From: an uncultured Acidobacteriota bacterium
GTDB lineage: Bacteria; Acidobacteriota; UBA6911; RPQK01; JAPXNP01
Direction of reading: 5' to 3'
DNA length: 64,000 nt
Assembly (NCBI GenBank): GCA_963823995.1
Contig: CAWGNQ010000009.1
Location: 173,079 to 237,078 of the forward strand
The position numbers and the translations under genes are program-made. Below, one piece after another: positions 63,509 to 64,000 of the stretch. Each line of letters begins with the position of its first letter. The stretch's first letter is position 1. Under the pieces are notes generated by a model, which was given only the letters and a program-made list of their open reading frames with translations, did no database searches and was not told the DNA's origin.

Positions 63509-63591
63509 ATTCGCACGGCGGTCTGATTCGCACGGCGTTTCGATTTGCACAACGGTTCGATTCGCGCGGCGGATTGATTCGCATGGCGGTC
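63507..63591. repeat. five contiguous 17-bp tandem repeats
   Basis: TGATTCGCACGGCGGTC / TGATTCGCACGGCGTTT / CGATTTGCACAACGGTT / CGATTCGCGCGGCGGAT / TGATTCGCATGGCGGTC. They sit directly abutting the right arm of the family B element and ~70-150 bp upstream of a TATACT box (63660-63665). Confidence 0.75.
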
Positions 63592-63737
63592 GTGCACGGG
63601 CGGGGAATGACGAACGTGCACGGATGCGGCCCCCGCGGACCTCCGGTGGAATTGTTTCCAGGCGGGATCTATACTGCGGCCGTTGCCGGTCTCACGCAGA
63701 GGAACTCGTCGGCCGGCCGATGCACGAGGATATGAAC

Positions 63738-64000
63738 ATGAAGACATCGAATCGCCGCACATTCCTTCGCAACGCCGCTCTGGCCGCAGCGCTCGGCTCG
63801 GTGGGGACCTCCGCCAAAGCCTCGACGGTGTTCGCAGCCGGCGGCAATGTACTGCCTCGCTGGCGCGGATTCAATCTGCTCGATTTCTTCACGCCGAATC
63901 GCCCGCAGCGGCCGGGTGCCTATGGTTCGACGGATGATGATTTTCGCTGGATGGTGGACTGGGGTTTCGACTTCGTCCGCCTTCCCATGGCTTATCCGCG
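63738..64000 (+). CDS. Tat-exported glycoside hydrolase family 5 (cellulase-like), N-terminal part (runs off window end)
   Basis: Not in the ORF track (no stop in the window). ATG 63738, 7 nt after GAGGA (ATG 63732 also possible). Translation: MKTSNRRTFLRNAALAAALGSVGTSAKASTVFAAGGNVLPRWRGFNLLDFFTPN..TDDDFRWMVDWGFDFVRLPMAYP. This is a twin-arginine signal followed by the typical GH5 N-terminal block. Confidence 0.65.
   Translation, partial: MKTSNRRTFLRNAALAAALGSVGTSAKASTVFAAGGNVLPRWRGFNLLDFFTPNRPQRPGAYGSTDDDFRWMVDWGFDFVRLPMAYP

Noticed and set aside
63507-63591. 17-bp repeat array as a possible CRISPR
   Set aside because: The units are contiguous with no spacers, are too short, and no cas genes are present.

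Overview
GC-rich bacterial chromosomal segment. The gene content (FG-GAP/ASPIC protein beside a TPR multiheme cytochrome, many Tat-exported oxidoreductases and glycosidases, DUF362, a TLC-like transporter) suggests an Acidobacteriota-like soil bacterium; this is inference only. All calls come from reading the sequence and ORF track by eye, with no searches run.

I support about 55 protein genes, one tRNA-Leu(CAA), no rRNA, no CRISPR and no intact transposase or prophage. Many long track ORFs are antisense or frame shadows typical of high GC. Many real genes start well inside the listed ORF, so I re-assigned those starts. Two genes run off the window edges and are missing from the track: 1..1044 (-) and 63738..64000 (+).

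Content by region:
- Housekeeping: trmJ, a class I aminotransferase, tatA/tatC, kdsB, glnS and an S41 protease.
- Trehalose locus: two TreT-like GT4 genes, otsB, otsA and an unknown internally duplicated protein.
- Glycan and envelope cluster: an orphan Wzt-type ATPase, an LpxL-like acyltransferase, a PhyH-like protein, DegT, GT2, GNAT and an ABC-2 exporter.
- Assorted hydrolases.
- DevBCA-type exporter: two permease paralogues and an ATPase fused to a cyclic-nucleotide-binding domain.

Most interesting observations:
1. An HPF/RaiA-like domain fused to an ECF-type sigma factor, apparently leaderless and translationally coupled to downstream genes.
2. The treT/otsBA operon led by an uncharacterised tandem-repeat protein.
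3. The cNMP-domain DevBCA-like exporter.
4. A roughly 225-bp element family with terminal inverted repeats, at least 4 copies in the window. One copy sits in the 3' end of a GNAT gene and two sit in an operon's upstream region.
5. A decayed integrative island next to tRNA-Leu, bounded by a duplicated 5' half of the tRNA and containing a mosaic nuclease/HTH/integrase remnant.

I did not find a recognisable defence system.
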